Position numbers and translations under genes: made by a program
Notes under the pieces: generated by a model
Database searches by the model: none
The model's input: only the letters and a program-made list of their open reading frames with translations
What the model was told of the DNA's origin: nothing
Shown here: one piece after another, positions 1 to 8,907 of the stretch
How the letters are laid out: every line of letters starts with the position of its first letter
Numbering within the stretch: the stretch's first letter is position 1
Source: Pyrobaculum aerophilum str. IM2
GTDB taxonomy: Archaea; Thermoproteota; Thermoprotei; Thermoproteales; Thermoproteaceae
Reading direction: 5' to 3'
DNA: 32,000 nt
Assembly: GCF_000007225.1 (NCBI RefSeq)
Contig: NC_003364.1
Coordinates: 2,010,001 to 2,042,000, forward strand

Positions 1-2
1 GA

Positions 3-269
3 GTGTTGGGAGATCTCGCGCCGGGCGCGAGCGTCAGCACGGCGTTTTTGCTTGATGTATCTGATAAAACTGTGCCCGGAGTGTACACTATAACGCTGGT
101 AGCGACGTGGAACCAGACCGGCGTCTTCATGCCAGGAGTTCAGTACATAAATATCCCCATTGAAGTGAGAAGCGGCGTAGATATGTTTATAGTTATTCCG
201 CTTGTCTTAACGGCGTTGTTAATCATAACGGGTATAGTCATTGCATTACGTAGAAAACGCCGTGGATAG
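3..269 (+). CDS. 3' end of a surface/envelope-type protein with a C-terminal membrane anchor (partial; N-terminus lies outside the window)
   Basis: The ORF is open from the window edge. A beta-rich ectodomain-like sequence is followed by the hydrophobic helix FIVIPLVLTALLIITGIVIAL and the basic tail RRKRRG. Confidence 0.5.
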   Translation: MLGDLAPGASVSTAFLLDVSDKTVPGVYTITLVATWNQTGVFMPGVQYINIPIEVRSGVDMFIVIPLVLTALLIITGIVIALRRKRRG

Positions 270-1686
270 CTACGATATTAAATACGCTTGGAGAGCAACG
301 CCGCTTTTAGGCTCTGTGGCTCTTCTCGTGATGTACACAGAGGCCATGCTCATGCCGAGTCTCCCCAAAATCCAAGCAGAGTTTAACGTAACCCCCGCAG
401 ACGCCTCTTGGATTTTGACTATATACTTAATCTCTGGGACTATAAGCGCCGCCATATTTGGAAACCTGGGCGATATATACGGGAAGAAAAGGGTGCTGTC
501 CCTCGTAATGTTGGCGTATGCAATTGCGGTAACTCTCACAGGCTATGCTCCCAATTTTGAAACGTTGCTCCTGTCGCGCGCGATCCAAGGCCTTGGCATG
601 GCGATGTTCCCACTGGCCTTTTCCCTCATCCGTGAGGAGTTCCCGCCCCACATGGTCCCCACAGCTCAGGGGGTAGTAAGCGCTATGTTCGGCGTAGGTA
701 TTATTATCGCGTTGCCAGTCGGCGCTTATATAGCCCAGAACTACGGGTGGAGAGCCACTTATCACACGGCCACGCCAATAGCCGTCTTGCTGACCTTCTT
801 AATAATGATTTACATAAGAGAGAGTAGGTACAGGACGCCAAGGAGTATAGACTTTGTCGGAATTGGCCTTTTCGCCACTATGGCCGCATCGTTTTTACTG
901 GCCATATCCAAGGGCCCAGACTGGGGCTGGCTCTCGCCGAGAATCACCTCGTTGCTAGCCCTCTCGGCAGTGTCTGCGGCTGTGTTCCTAATTCACGAAC
1001 TAACGACTGACAATCCCTTTATACCAAGAGATATTTTCAACCGCAATGTAATAGCCGCCACAATCGCAATTTTAATAGTGGCATATGCTTTTCAAATGAA
1101 TTCGCAAAATCTCTCATATTTATTCCAAATGCCGCCGCCTTACGGCTACGGACTTACAGTTTTACAGACTGGCTTGTACATGCTACCGCCTGCCGTGGTG
1201 CAAATAATAGTCGCCCCTATTTCGGGGAGATTGATGTGGAGACTTGGGGCGAAGAAGATAGCTACAATAGGCGTTGTATTTGCTGTAATTGGCTATCAGC
1301 TCGCTGCAGCCCATTTGTACAGCGGCGTGTGGACTCTGATCTCCTACGTAACGCTGGGCTTTATAGGCTTGACTCTACTAAACGTCTCTCTCATCAACCT
1401 CCTCACTTTCTCAGTGCCCAGACAACGGCTAGGCGCCGCGACCGGTTTAAACACAGTATTCCGCAATTTCGGCTCAGCCATAGCCCCCACTGTGGCGGGG
1501 ACTGTACTGACAAATTTCAACACTTATGTATATTACAACACGCCGGCAGGCCCCATATACTTCTCAGTTCCTGCCAAGGAGGCATATGTGATAAACATTG
1601 ATATAGCAACCTCTATGTTTATTATCACGCTTTTACCAATTCTATTCTCGAAGGAAGTGCTGGGGGGTAACGCCACGCCTAAATAA
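241..1686 (+). CDS. MFS transporter (drug:H+ antiporter / EmrB-like, many TM helices)
   Basis: The 481-aa ORF is almost entirely hydrophobic helices and carries the MFS-type loop motif GNLGDIYGKKRV after TM2. The start is ambiguous: TTG at 241 or in-frame GTG at 262. Confidence 0.8.
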   Translation: MHYVENAVDSYDIKYAWRATPLLGSVALLVMYTEAMLMPSLPKIQAEFNVTPADASWILTIYLISGTISAAIFGNLGDIYGKKRVLSLVMLAYAIAVTLTGYAPNFETLLLSRAIQGLGMAMFPLAFSLIREEFPPHMVPTAQGVVSAMFGVGIIIALPVGAYIAQNYGWRATYHTATPIAVLLTFLIMIYIRESRYRTPRSIDFVGIGLFATMAASFLLAISKGPDWGWLSPRITSLLALSAVSAAVFLIHELTTDNPFIPRDIFNRNVIAATIAILIVAYAFQMNSQNLSYLFQMPPPYGYGLTVLQTGLYMLPPAVVQIIVAPISGRLMWRLGAKKIATIGVVFAVIGYQLAAAHLYSGVWTLISYVTLGFIGLTLLNVSLINLLTFSVPRQRLGAATGLNTVFRNFGSAIAPTVAGTVLTNFNTYVYYNTPAGPIYFSVPAKEAYVINIDIATSMFIITLLPILFSKEVLGGNATPK

Positions 1687-1695
1687 CGACGTGCC

Positions 1696-2787
1696 ATGAA
1701 CATAAGGCTTATAATATTACTGGGGCTCGTCTCTCTCTTTGCCGACTGGCTGTATGAAAGCATGCGCGCCGTTGCCCCACAATACTTATACGCGCTGGGC
1801 GCCTCTGCGGCTTTTGTAGGGTTTGTCTTCGGCCTCGGCGACGCCTTGGGCTACGCCGCCCGCTTCATCACAGGCCCGCTCGCAGACAAAAGGGGGGGCT
1901 ACTGGCTGGAGACCTTCCTCGGCTACGGCCTCCAAATCGCCGCGGTGGCAGGCCTAGTGTTTGCCAGAGATGTGTGGCAGGTTGCAGGCTTAGTATTTCT
2001 GGAGAGGTTTAGCAAGGCCCTGCGCACGCCCGCCCGCGACGCCATTATCTCCGCGGCAGGGGGCAAGGGGGCTAGGGGCAGGGCCTTCGGCATCCACGCA
2101 GCATTAGACCAAATAGGCGCTATTCTGGGGGTGTCTATGGCCACTTTAATGCTGTTTTTAAATTATCAGCCTCGCGACGTGTTTTTAGCGGCTTTACTTC
2201 CAGGCGCTACGGCATTGGCAGTGCTCTACGTTGCGTATAAAACAAGCGGCGTAAAGCCCGCAGGAAAGGGCTATAAATTCCTAATGGACAGAAAAGCCGT
2301 GGTATTCGGAATGTCGCAATTTCTCCTCGGCATTTCCATAATTCACATATCGCTGTCCATGTATAGACTCTCTCAAGTGCCGTGGCTTGCCTCGTTGTTA
2401 TACTTAATCGCTATGATTACTGAAATACCGGCGTCTTTAGCGCTGGGATATCTCTACGACAGAAGCCATAAGACGCTCTTCATCGCGCCTTTATTTACAA
2501 CTCTATTAGCTGTGTCTTATATAAGCGGCGGGCTTTATCTCTTTCTCGGAGCTATCCTCTACGCGGTAGTTACCTCTTATGCCGACGTGGTTGCAAAGGC
2601 CGAGGCCGCTAAGCTGGGCGCCGCCTCATCGCTGGGCTTTGTCAACGCTATGTGGGGATTGGGGCTAATGATGGGCGGAGTGTTATACGGCTACTTTACA
2701 GATGTCGGCAATTATTTGACAATAGGCATATTAGCTGCAGCCTCGTCGTCGGCGTCACTTTTATTACTATGGAGGTCCGTTACGTAA
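1696..2787 (+). CDS. MFS-type transporter
   Basis: The 363-aa polytopic membrane ORF carries the MFS-like loop GPLADKRGGYW after TM2. An ATG start lies 10 nt after the previous stop. Confidence 0.75.
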   Translation: MNIRLIILLGLVSLFADWLYESMRAVAPQYLYALGASAAFVGFVFGLGDALGYAARFITGPLADKRGGYWLETFLGYGLQIAAVAGLVFARDVWQVAGLVFLERFSKALRTPARDAIISAAGGKGARGRAFGIHAALDQIGAILGVSMATLMLFLNYQPRDVFLAALLPGATALAVLYVAYKTSGVKPAGKGYKFLMDRKAVVFGMSQFLLGISIIHISLSMYRLSQVPWLASLLYLIAMITEIPASLALGYLYDRSHKTLFIAPLFTTLLAVSYISGGLYLFLGAILYAVVTSYADVVAKAEAAKLGAASSLGFVNAMWGLGLMMGGVLYGYFTDVGNYLTIGILAAASSSASLLLLWRSVT

Positions 2788-3188
2788 TTGAGCTTTACAA
2801 GAACTTGGCCCCAGTCTATGAAGAGCTTTACGGCGAGGAGCAGAGGTTAAAATACTGGCGAATAGCCTCACAAACGGGGGAGCGAGTCGTCGATGTCGGT
2901 TGCGGCACGGGAATAGCCTTTGAGGTGCTAGACGGGTATGTCGTCTGCCTCGACATATCAATTGATATGTTGAAACGCGCTAGGGAGAAAAAAGGCGATC
3001 TGGGGGAATTGATAGTCGCAGATCTCTGGCGTCCGCCGCTTAGAGATAACTCCTTTGACTCCGCCTTATTTTTATCATCTGTTGACAAAAGTTTTTATGG
3101 CCAAGTAATTAATATTTGGCGCGGGGTAGCCCACAAGCTTATTTTTGAATTTCGGGGCGAGTGGCACCTAGTAGAGCAACGCAATTGA
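2769..3188 (+). CDS. Small class I SAM-dependent methyltransferase
   Basis: Motif I VVDVGCGTGIAFEVL is followed by the acidic motif II LDIS. I place the start at internal ATG 2769 (MEVRYVIELY...) because the track's 5' extension (2652-2768) lies inside the MFS gene and reads as non-protein-like. Confidence 0.7.
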   Translation: MEVRYVIELYKNLAPVYEELYGEEQRLKYWRIASQTGERVVDVGCGTGIAFEVLDGYVVCLDISIDMLKRAREKKGDLGELIVADLWRPPLRDNSFDSALFLSSVDKSFYGQVINIWRGVAHKLIFEFRGEWHLVEQRN

Positions 3189-3262
3189 GATAACCACACC
3201 GCCTCTATGAAGTATAGATATGTGAACAAAACAAATATATTTATGCTCACCGCCAATGCCGT

Positions 3263-4108
3263 ATGGCATATCAAGAGCAGTATGCTTATGAGTATCAGGA
3301 CTATTACCCCGTATATGACAACAGGGCGCCTACTGGGATTTGGTATATTGATCAATTACTACAGGGCGGGTTTAGGAAAGGCGAGATATACTTGGTCGCC
3401 GGCGAGGCTGGGCAAGGCAAGACTATATTCAGCCTCCAGTTTTTAAAGACGGGGGCTGAGCTCTACGACGAGCCTGGGCTTTATATTACAATTGACGAGC
3501 CCTCAGAAGACGTAAAAAGAGGGGTGAGGGAGTCCCTGGGGTGGGATCTAGACGCACTTGAAAGCCAAAACAAGCTAGTCTTTCTAGACCTCAGAACCCA
3601 CTTTAGAACGTATGCAAAAGAGGAAAAAGTCACGGCGGATCCCAGAGAGATAGCGAAAATAATAATGGAATACGTCAAAAAATTCGGCATAAAAAGGCTA
3701 GTAATAGACCCAATCGCCCCCCTTATAATTACGTCGCATACAGACGTGTTGTGGGTAAGGGAGTACATGAGGGAGTTGGTATTTCAGCTGAGGAAAATGA
3801 AAGACATTACCACTTTAATGACGTCTGAGATCCCTACTGGCGAGAATAAAATTAGCAGATTCGGCGTGGAGGAGTATTTAGCCAGCGGCGTCATAAAGCT
3901 TGAGCTTATGGAATACCGCGGCTTTGTATTCCGCGTGATGTTTATACGTAAAATGAGGTGGACTGCTGTTAGGCCGCAAAAGCTAGTTTTTGAGATATAT
4001 CCCCACTACGGCATCTACATATTAGACAGACTAGAGAACTTCATGAAACAAATCGACGCTTGGTACGCCTCTCTAAGCCAGCAACCTCAAGCGCCTCCAG
4101 CTACATAG
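3263..4108 (+). CDS. KaiC/RecA-superfamily ATPase (single KaiC-like domain)
   Basis: Walker A is present as LVAGEAGQGKT and Walker B-like as RLVIDPI. The overall layout matches COG0467-type proteins. The A/T box aaatatatttatgc lies about 24 nt upstream of the ATG. Confidence 0.75.
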   Translation: MAYQEQYAYEYQDYYPVYDNRAPTGIWYIDQLLQGGFRKGEIYLVAGEAGQGKTIFSLQFLKTGAELYDEPGLYITIDEPSEDVKRGVRESLGWDLDALESQNKLVFLDLRTHFRTYAKEEKVTADPREIAKIIMEYVKKFGIKRLVIDPIAPLIITSHTDVLWVREYMRELVFQLRKMKDITTLMTSEIPTGENKISRFGVEEYLASGVIKLELMEYRGFVFRVMFIRKMRWTAVRPQKLVFEIYPHYGIYILDRLENFMKQIDAWYASLSQQPQAPPAT

Positions 4109-4138
4109 AAATTTTAAAACCTAGACGTGGCGTAGTTT

Positions 4139-5440
4139 GTGAAAGCTCTTACTGAGATATTCGGTAAACTCCTCGAAAAAATCAGAGGCGTTGATTATAT
4201 TGATGAGGCTACTTTACAAGAGCTGTCTCGAGAAATTCAAAGAACTCTTCTAAAAGCCGACGTCCCTCTCGATTTAGTAAAATCCTTTACTGAAAACGCG
4301 GTGAAGAGAATTAAAGAGGAGAAGCCGCCTGCCGGGATCCCCCCCAGGGAGTATCTGATATACGTCCTCTACGAGGAGTTAGTAAAGCTATTAGGCGGCG
4401 AGCAACCGGCGGAGTTTAAACCCACGAAAAAACCGTATATAGTTCTATTACTGGGGGTCGAGGGCAGCGGTAAGACAACAACCGCTGCGAAATTAGCCAA
4501 GTACTTGGCTAAGAGGGGGTATAAGGTGGGATTAGTAGAGACTGACACTATAAGGCCTGCCGCCTTTGATCAATTGAGACAACTAGCCGAAAAAATCGGC
4601 GTACCGTTCTACGGCGAGAGAGACGGAAAAGACGCCGTGGAGATCGCCAAGCGCGGCGTGCAGAACTTCAAGAACATGGACGTGATAATTGTGGACACCG
4701 CAGGGCGCCATAGGAATGAAGAGGCTTTGTTGAAAGAAGTGAGGGCTATTTACGACGCTGTGAGTCCGGACGAGGTAGTGCTAGTCATTGACGCCACAGT
4801 GGGCAAAATGGCCGCGGCACAAGCAGAGGCCTTTATGAAGTACTTGCCTATTCACTCAGTGATTATCACGAAAATGGACAGCACAGCCAGAGGCGGCGGC
4901 GCGCTGGCAGCAGTGGCGAAGACAGGTGCTAAAGTTAAATTCATCGGCGTGGGGGAAGACGTCGACGAATTTGAACAATTCTCCCCTAGGAAATTCGTCG
5001 CCAGAGTTCTGGGGATGGGCGATTTAGACACACTACTTGAGAAAATCAAGGCGGTTTTCGAGGAGGAAGAGGTACTTGAAGAAATAGAATCCGGCAGACT
5101 TGATCTACTCACCTTTAAGAAACAAATAGACAGTCTGTTAAAACTCGGGCCTTTGAGCAAAGTGTTTCAACTACTCCCCGGCAACTTGGCCGCAAAGATT
5201 TCAGAAGAGCAGATAGAGCTTTCCCAGAGGAATCTTAAGAAGTGGCGCGCTATATTAAGCTCAATGACTCTTGAAGAGTTGAAAAACCCGGAGATTTTAA
5301 ACGCCTCGAGAATACGCCGAATAGCGCTTGGAGCAGGAGTTGCGCCCAAAGACGTTAAAGAAATGCTAACGGTTTATGAAAATCTGAGGAAGATGTCAAA
5401 GACCCTTAGGAGACAACTTAGGCTTAGGATGGCGAAGTGA
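4139..5440 (+). CDS. srp54: Signal recognition particle protein SRP54
   Basis: The NG domain motifs GVEGSGKTTTAAKLA, DTAGRH and TKMD are present. The C-terminal M domain is Met/Arg/Lys-rich. GTG start, with aaattttaaaacc about 24 nt upstream. Confidence 0.95.
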   Translation: MKALTEIFGKLLEKIRGVDYIDEATLQELSREIQRTLLKADVPLDLVKSFTENAVKRIKEEKPPAGIPPREYLIYVLYEELVKLLGGEQPAEFKPTKKPYIVLLLGVEGSGKTTTAAKLAKYLAKRGYKVGLVETDTIRPAAFDQLRQLAEKIGVPFYGERDGKDAVEIAKRGVQNFKNMDVIIVDTAGRHRNEEALLKEVRAIYDAVSPDEVVLVIDATVGKMAAAQAEAFMKYLPIHSVIITKMDSTARGGGALAAVAKTGAKVKFIGVGEDVDEFEQFSPRKFVARVLGMGDLDTLLEKIKAVFEEEEVLEEIESGRLDLLTFKKQIDSLLKLGPLSKVFQLLPGNLAAKISEEQIELSQRNLKKWRAILSSMTLEELKNPEILNASRIRRIALGAGVAPKDVKEMLTVYENLRKMSKTLRRQLRLRMAK

Positions 5441-5916
5441 GGCGGTTCTTGATAATAACCTCTTATGGGAAATTTAATGAACTGCCACATATACACGGAA
5501 AAATACTAGTAGCGGCATTGTTAGTGTCAAACGGCGTTAGGAAAGACGCAGAGGCGGTGTTTTACCTCAAAGATCTCGACAAAACGGTAAAAATAGTCGG
5601 CAGTAGAGTAAAGAGGCTTTTCCCAGACGAGGACTCCGCAATTGGCTTTTTGAAAAAGGCCTTTACCCAGGGAGGGCAGACTGGCGTAATAACGAGAAAG
5701 GGGCCGAGGGATTTAACCACAGGGCTTGTCATCGGCCCGGCTCAGGGGGGTAAATGTCTGCCTAAGCCGCCGTATACATATGTAATTCAAATTGAACAAT
5801 TCGATGTAAAACTCGACTGCGGCTTGAATATCGGCTGGCTGCCTCCTCACCACCAAATTGTAGTTGTAAACATCACTACTGACAGGCTCCTGGAGAGCCG
5901 GCAAATAGTTTTATAA
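5437..5916 (+). CDS. trmY: SPOUT-like protein resembling tRNA (pseudouridine54-N1)-methyltransferase TrmY (COG1901/DUF358)
   Basis: From memory of M. jannaschii TrmY, the segment VKIVGSRVKRLFPDEDSAIGFLKKAF resembles [26 protein letters not shown]. The start overlaps the srp54 stop (GTGA). The ORF lies directly upstream of pus10. No alignment was run. Confidence 0.5.
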   Translation: MRRFLIITSYGKFNELPHIHGKILVAALLVSNGVRKDAEAVFYLKDLDKTVKIVGSRVKRLFPDEDSAIGFLKKAFTQGGQTGVITRKGPRDLTTGLVIGPAQGGKCLPKPPYTYVIQIEQFDVKLDCGLNIGWLPPHHQIVVVNITTDRLLESRQIVL

Positions 5917-5923
5917 CAGGAAA

Positions 5924-7171
5924 ATGGGGGTGCCCGTGGAATTACTAGACAGGGCCCTTGAGATAATTAGAACATACCCGCTGTGCGACTCTTGTCTAGG
6001 CAGGCTCTTTGCGCAAATGGGTTACGGGCTTGAGAATTTCGAAAGGGGGCGGGCCATTAAGACGCTTCTTCATATGAAGCTAGTAGATGAGTACAGAAAG
6101 GGGAGGGATGTGTTAAACGATTTGCTTGCCCTGGCGAAAATTCACAAGCCGACAAGCAGATTTCTGACCAGCCTTGGCATTAACGTCGACGAGGCGGCTT
6201 GTTACATCTGTGGAGGCTTGCTAAAAGACGTAGAGAAGTACGCAAAAGACGTTCTCCCGCTGTTAGAAGGAGTGGAGTTCAGGACTTTTGAAGTCGGCAC
6301 CACAGTGCCGAAGGATGTTGTGGAAAGGGAGTCGGAAGTGGTAAAGCGTTTTCTCATAACCAGCGGGGAGTCGGTAAAACACGAGATAAATAGGCGTATT
6401 GGTAAGGAGTTATTAAAACACCTTACTGGAAAGCGAGTAGATAAGCTGAGGCCTAATATTGTGGTAAGAGTAGATCTCATTACCGGTAAGGCGTCAGTTG
6501 AGAGAAACCCACTGTTAATAGAGGGGGTTTACCTAAAGCTAAGCCGTCGGGTTTCCCAGGCAAAAAAATTCGGCGATGTTAAGTCAACGCTGTGGGATAA
6601 GCTTGTTTACATCCGCGAAGTGTTCGGCGGAAAGGAACATGTTATCCACGTCTCGGGCAGAGAGGACAGCGACGCCAGAATGCTCGGCACAGGGAGGCCG
6701 CTCGTTGTTGAGGTTAAACAGCCTATTAAATACGACGGGGCTATTCCGCCGTTTAGAGATGGCGATATAATATTTACTCCAATTGGCTTTACAAACAGAG
6801 AGGAAGTGCGTAGACTTAAAGAAAAGGCGAAGACAGACATAAAACTCTACCGCGCGCTCGTCCTTTCTGAGAGGCCGTTAACTGTTGAGGAGTTGAATAA
6901 AATCGGCGAGCTTTCCGGAAAGACGATTATTCAATATACGCCGCGTCGGATAAAGCGCATAAGCCCTAGGAAGAAAAGAGTAAGGATGGTCTACGAGCTG
7001 GCGTGGAGACAGATTTCGCCGCGCGTCTTTGAGCTATACGTGAGATGCCAAGGGGGGCTTTATGTGAAGGAATTTATTCACGGCGATGGAGGGCGTACAA
7101 CCCCCAGCGTCTCTGAAATTTTAAATACTCACTTAGAAGTATTAGAGCTGGACGTCTTGTCGGTGGAATAA
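5924..7171 (+). CDS. pus10: tRNA pseudouridine synthase Pus10 (pseudouridine 54/55)
   Basis: N-terminal zinc motifs CDSC and CYICGG are present. The catalytic region reads GREDSDARMLGTGRP. The C-terminal signature GGLYVKEFIHGDGGRTTPSVSEIL is typical of Pus10. Confidence 0.85.
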   Translation: MGVPVELLDRALEIIRTYPLCDSCLGRLFAQMGYGLENFERGRAIKTLLHMKLVDEYRKGRDVLNDLLALAKIHKPTSRFLTSLGINVDEAACYICGGLLKDVEKYAKDVLPLLEGVEFRTFEVGTTVPKDVVERESEVVKRFLITSGESVKHEINRRIGKELLKHLTGKRVDKLRPNIVVRVDLITGKASVERNPLLIEGVYLKLSRRVSQAKKFGDVKSTLWDKLVYIREVFGGKEHVIHVSGREDSDARMLGTGRPLVVEVKQPIKYDGAIPPFRDGDIIFTPIGFTNREEVRRLKEKAKTDIKLYRALVLSERPLTVEELNKIGELSGKTIIQYTPRRIKRISPRKKRVRMVYELAWRQISPRVFELYVRCQGGLYVKEFIHGDGGRTTPSVSEILNTHLEVLELDVLSVE

Positions 7172-7184
7172 GTTTTTAATCCAC

Positions 7185-8717
7185 TTGTTTAAATCGCGGG
7201 TGGAGAAGGTCCTCGTTGTCAACTTCGGCGGGCAATACGCTCACCTGATCGCCAGGAGAATTAGAGAGGTTGGCGTCTACGCCGAAATAGCCAGCCCTGA
7301 GGAGGCGGTAATCAAGGCGAGTAAAGAAGAGGTAAAGGCTGTTATCCTCTCTGGCGGGCCTAGCTCTGTCTACGAGCCTGGAGCGCCGGATATTGACGAG
7401 GGGATTTTCGCCTTGTCTAAACCAGTGTTGGGGATATGTTATGGTCACCAAATGATCGCAAAGAAACTAGGAGGAAAAGTGGAGCGCGGCAAGGGGGAGT
7501 ACGGGAAGACAATTGTAAAAATTCTAGTCAACGACCCGTTGTTTGACGGCTGGAAACCAGAAGAGGCGGTGTGGATGAGCCACAGCGACTTTGTTGAGGA
7601 GCCGCCGCCTGGATTCCACGTATTGGCAATAAGTGAAAACGGCTATATTGCCGCAATGAGAAAGGGGTTAATATACGGCGTGCAGTTCCACCCGGAGGTT
7701 CACCACACCAGTAAGGGGAGGGTAATGTTCGAGAACTTCTTGAGAAAAATAGCTAGGATATCCGACGTCTGGCGGCCCGAGGATCAAATTACGCGTATAG
7801 TAGAAGAGATAAGGAGTAGGGTAAAGGGCGGCGACGTCATAGTTGGAGTGAGCGGGGGAGTAGACAGCACGGTAACTGCCGTGTTGTTGTACAAAGCCGT
7901 GGGCCAAAGGGTAAAGGCTGTTTTTATTGACCACGGGCTATTCAGAGAGGGGGAGCCCGAAGAGGCAGCCTCTTTACTTAAATCTATTGGAATAGACGTG
8001 GTGTATATAGACGCGAAAGAGCGCTTTCTCAAAAGACTAGAGGGAGTGGCTGACTGCGAGGAAAAAAGGCGCATCATTGGGGAAACTTTCGCCGAGGTGT
8101 TTTCCGACGCGGTAAAGCAGATGCCCAACGTCAAATACCTAGCGCAGGGCACGTTATACCCAGATGTGGTGGAAAGCGGGGCGGTAAAGGGCGCCGACAA
8201 AATAAAAAGCCACCACAACGTGGGGGGGCTACCGCCGTGGTTTCAATTAGAGCTTATAGAACCGCTTCGAGAGTTTTATAAAGACGAAGTGAGGCGGATT
8301 GCCAAAGCCCTAGGCCTTCCGGAGGACGTGGTATATAGACATCCCTTTCCCGGCCCGGGCCTTGCGGTAAGGATTATTGGCCCCTTTACTAGAGAAAAAC
8401 TAGCCATTGTGAGGAAAGCCACTAAAATAGTGGAAGAGGAGTTGAGGAAAGCCGGTCTTTTCAGAAAAGTCTGGCAAGCCTTCGCCACGGTGGGGGAGGA
8501 TAAGTGGGTTGGGGTAAAGGGCGATAGAAGAGCTATGGGGTACATCGTGACGGTAAGAATTGTGGAAAGCGAAGACGCAATGACGGCGGACTGGTCAAGA
8601 ATACCCTTTGAAATCCTTGAGAAAATATCCTCTAGAATTACGTCGGAAATACCAGAGGTTACCATGGTGACCTACGCCGTAACTTCTAAGCCTCCGTCTA
8701 CAATAGAGCCTTGTTAA
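7185..8717 (+). CDS. guaA: GMP synthase (glutamine-hydrolysing), fused GATase and ATP-pyrophosphatase domains
   Basis: The GATase catalytic motif GICYGHQ, the PP-loop GVSGGVDST and the conserved C-terminal dimerisation region are all present. The start is either TTG 7185 or in-frame GTG 7200 (MEKVLVVNFGGQY). Confidence 0.95.
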   Translation: MFKSRVEKVLVVNFGGQYAHLIARRIREVGVYAEIASPEEAVIKASKEEVKAVILSGGPSSVYEPGAPDIDEGIFALSKPVLGICYGHQMIAKKLGGKVERGKGEYGKTIVKILVNDPLFDGWKPEEAVWMSHSDFVEEPPPGFHVLAISENGYIAAMRKGLIYGVQFHPEVHHTSKGRVMFENFLRKIARISDVWRPEDQITRIVEEIRSRVKGGDVIVGVSGGVDSTVTAVLLYKAVGQRVKAVFIDHGLFREGEPEEAASLLKSIGIDVVYIDAKERFLKRLEGVADCEEKRRIIGETFAEVFSDAVKQMPNVKYLAQGTLYPDVVESGAVKGADKIKSHHNVGGLPPWFQLELIEPLREFYKDEVRRIAKALGLPEDVVYRHPFPGPGLAVRIIGPFTREKLAIVRKATKIVEEELRKAGLFRKVWQAFATVGEDKWVGVKGDRRAMGYIVTVRIVESEDAMTADWSRIPFEILEKISSRITSEIPEVTMVTYAVTSKPPSTIEPC

Positions 8718-8724
8718 GCCCCGC

Positions 8725-8730
8725 TTTTTT
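8725..8730 (+). terminator. Oligo-T tract (T6) immediately after the guaA stop
   Basis: The sequence reads taa gccccgc tttttt aatt. Oligo-T runs are the usual archaeal termination signal. Confidence 0.4.
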
Positions 8731-8907
8731 AATTCCCAATGCGACTAGAGCCAGGCGGCGCGATAGGTCTGAAGAGGCTAATAAGCCCTGGGGGTATGCG
8801 GTCGGCCCTACCGGCTCCGCCTTCATTCCCTAACCCGGTACCGCGGGTTCGTCTGGCGGGCGGGGAACCGGGGGCTAAGTACAAATACTCTCCCATATAA
8901 AAGGTTT

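Noticed and set aside
2652-2768. 5' extension of the methyltransferase ORF
   Set aside because: It overlaps the end of the MFS gene in another frame and does not look like protein. ATG 2769 gives a sensible N-terminus.
8718-8907. Specific call of a minimal (type T) RNase P RNA
   Set aside because: Only loose resemblance to CR-I and CR-V strings was found. I could not form clean P4 or P1 pairings by hand. It is kept as an unclassified structured-RNA candidate in the findings.
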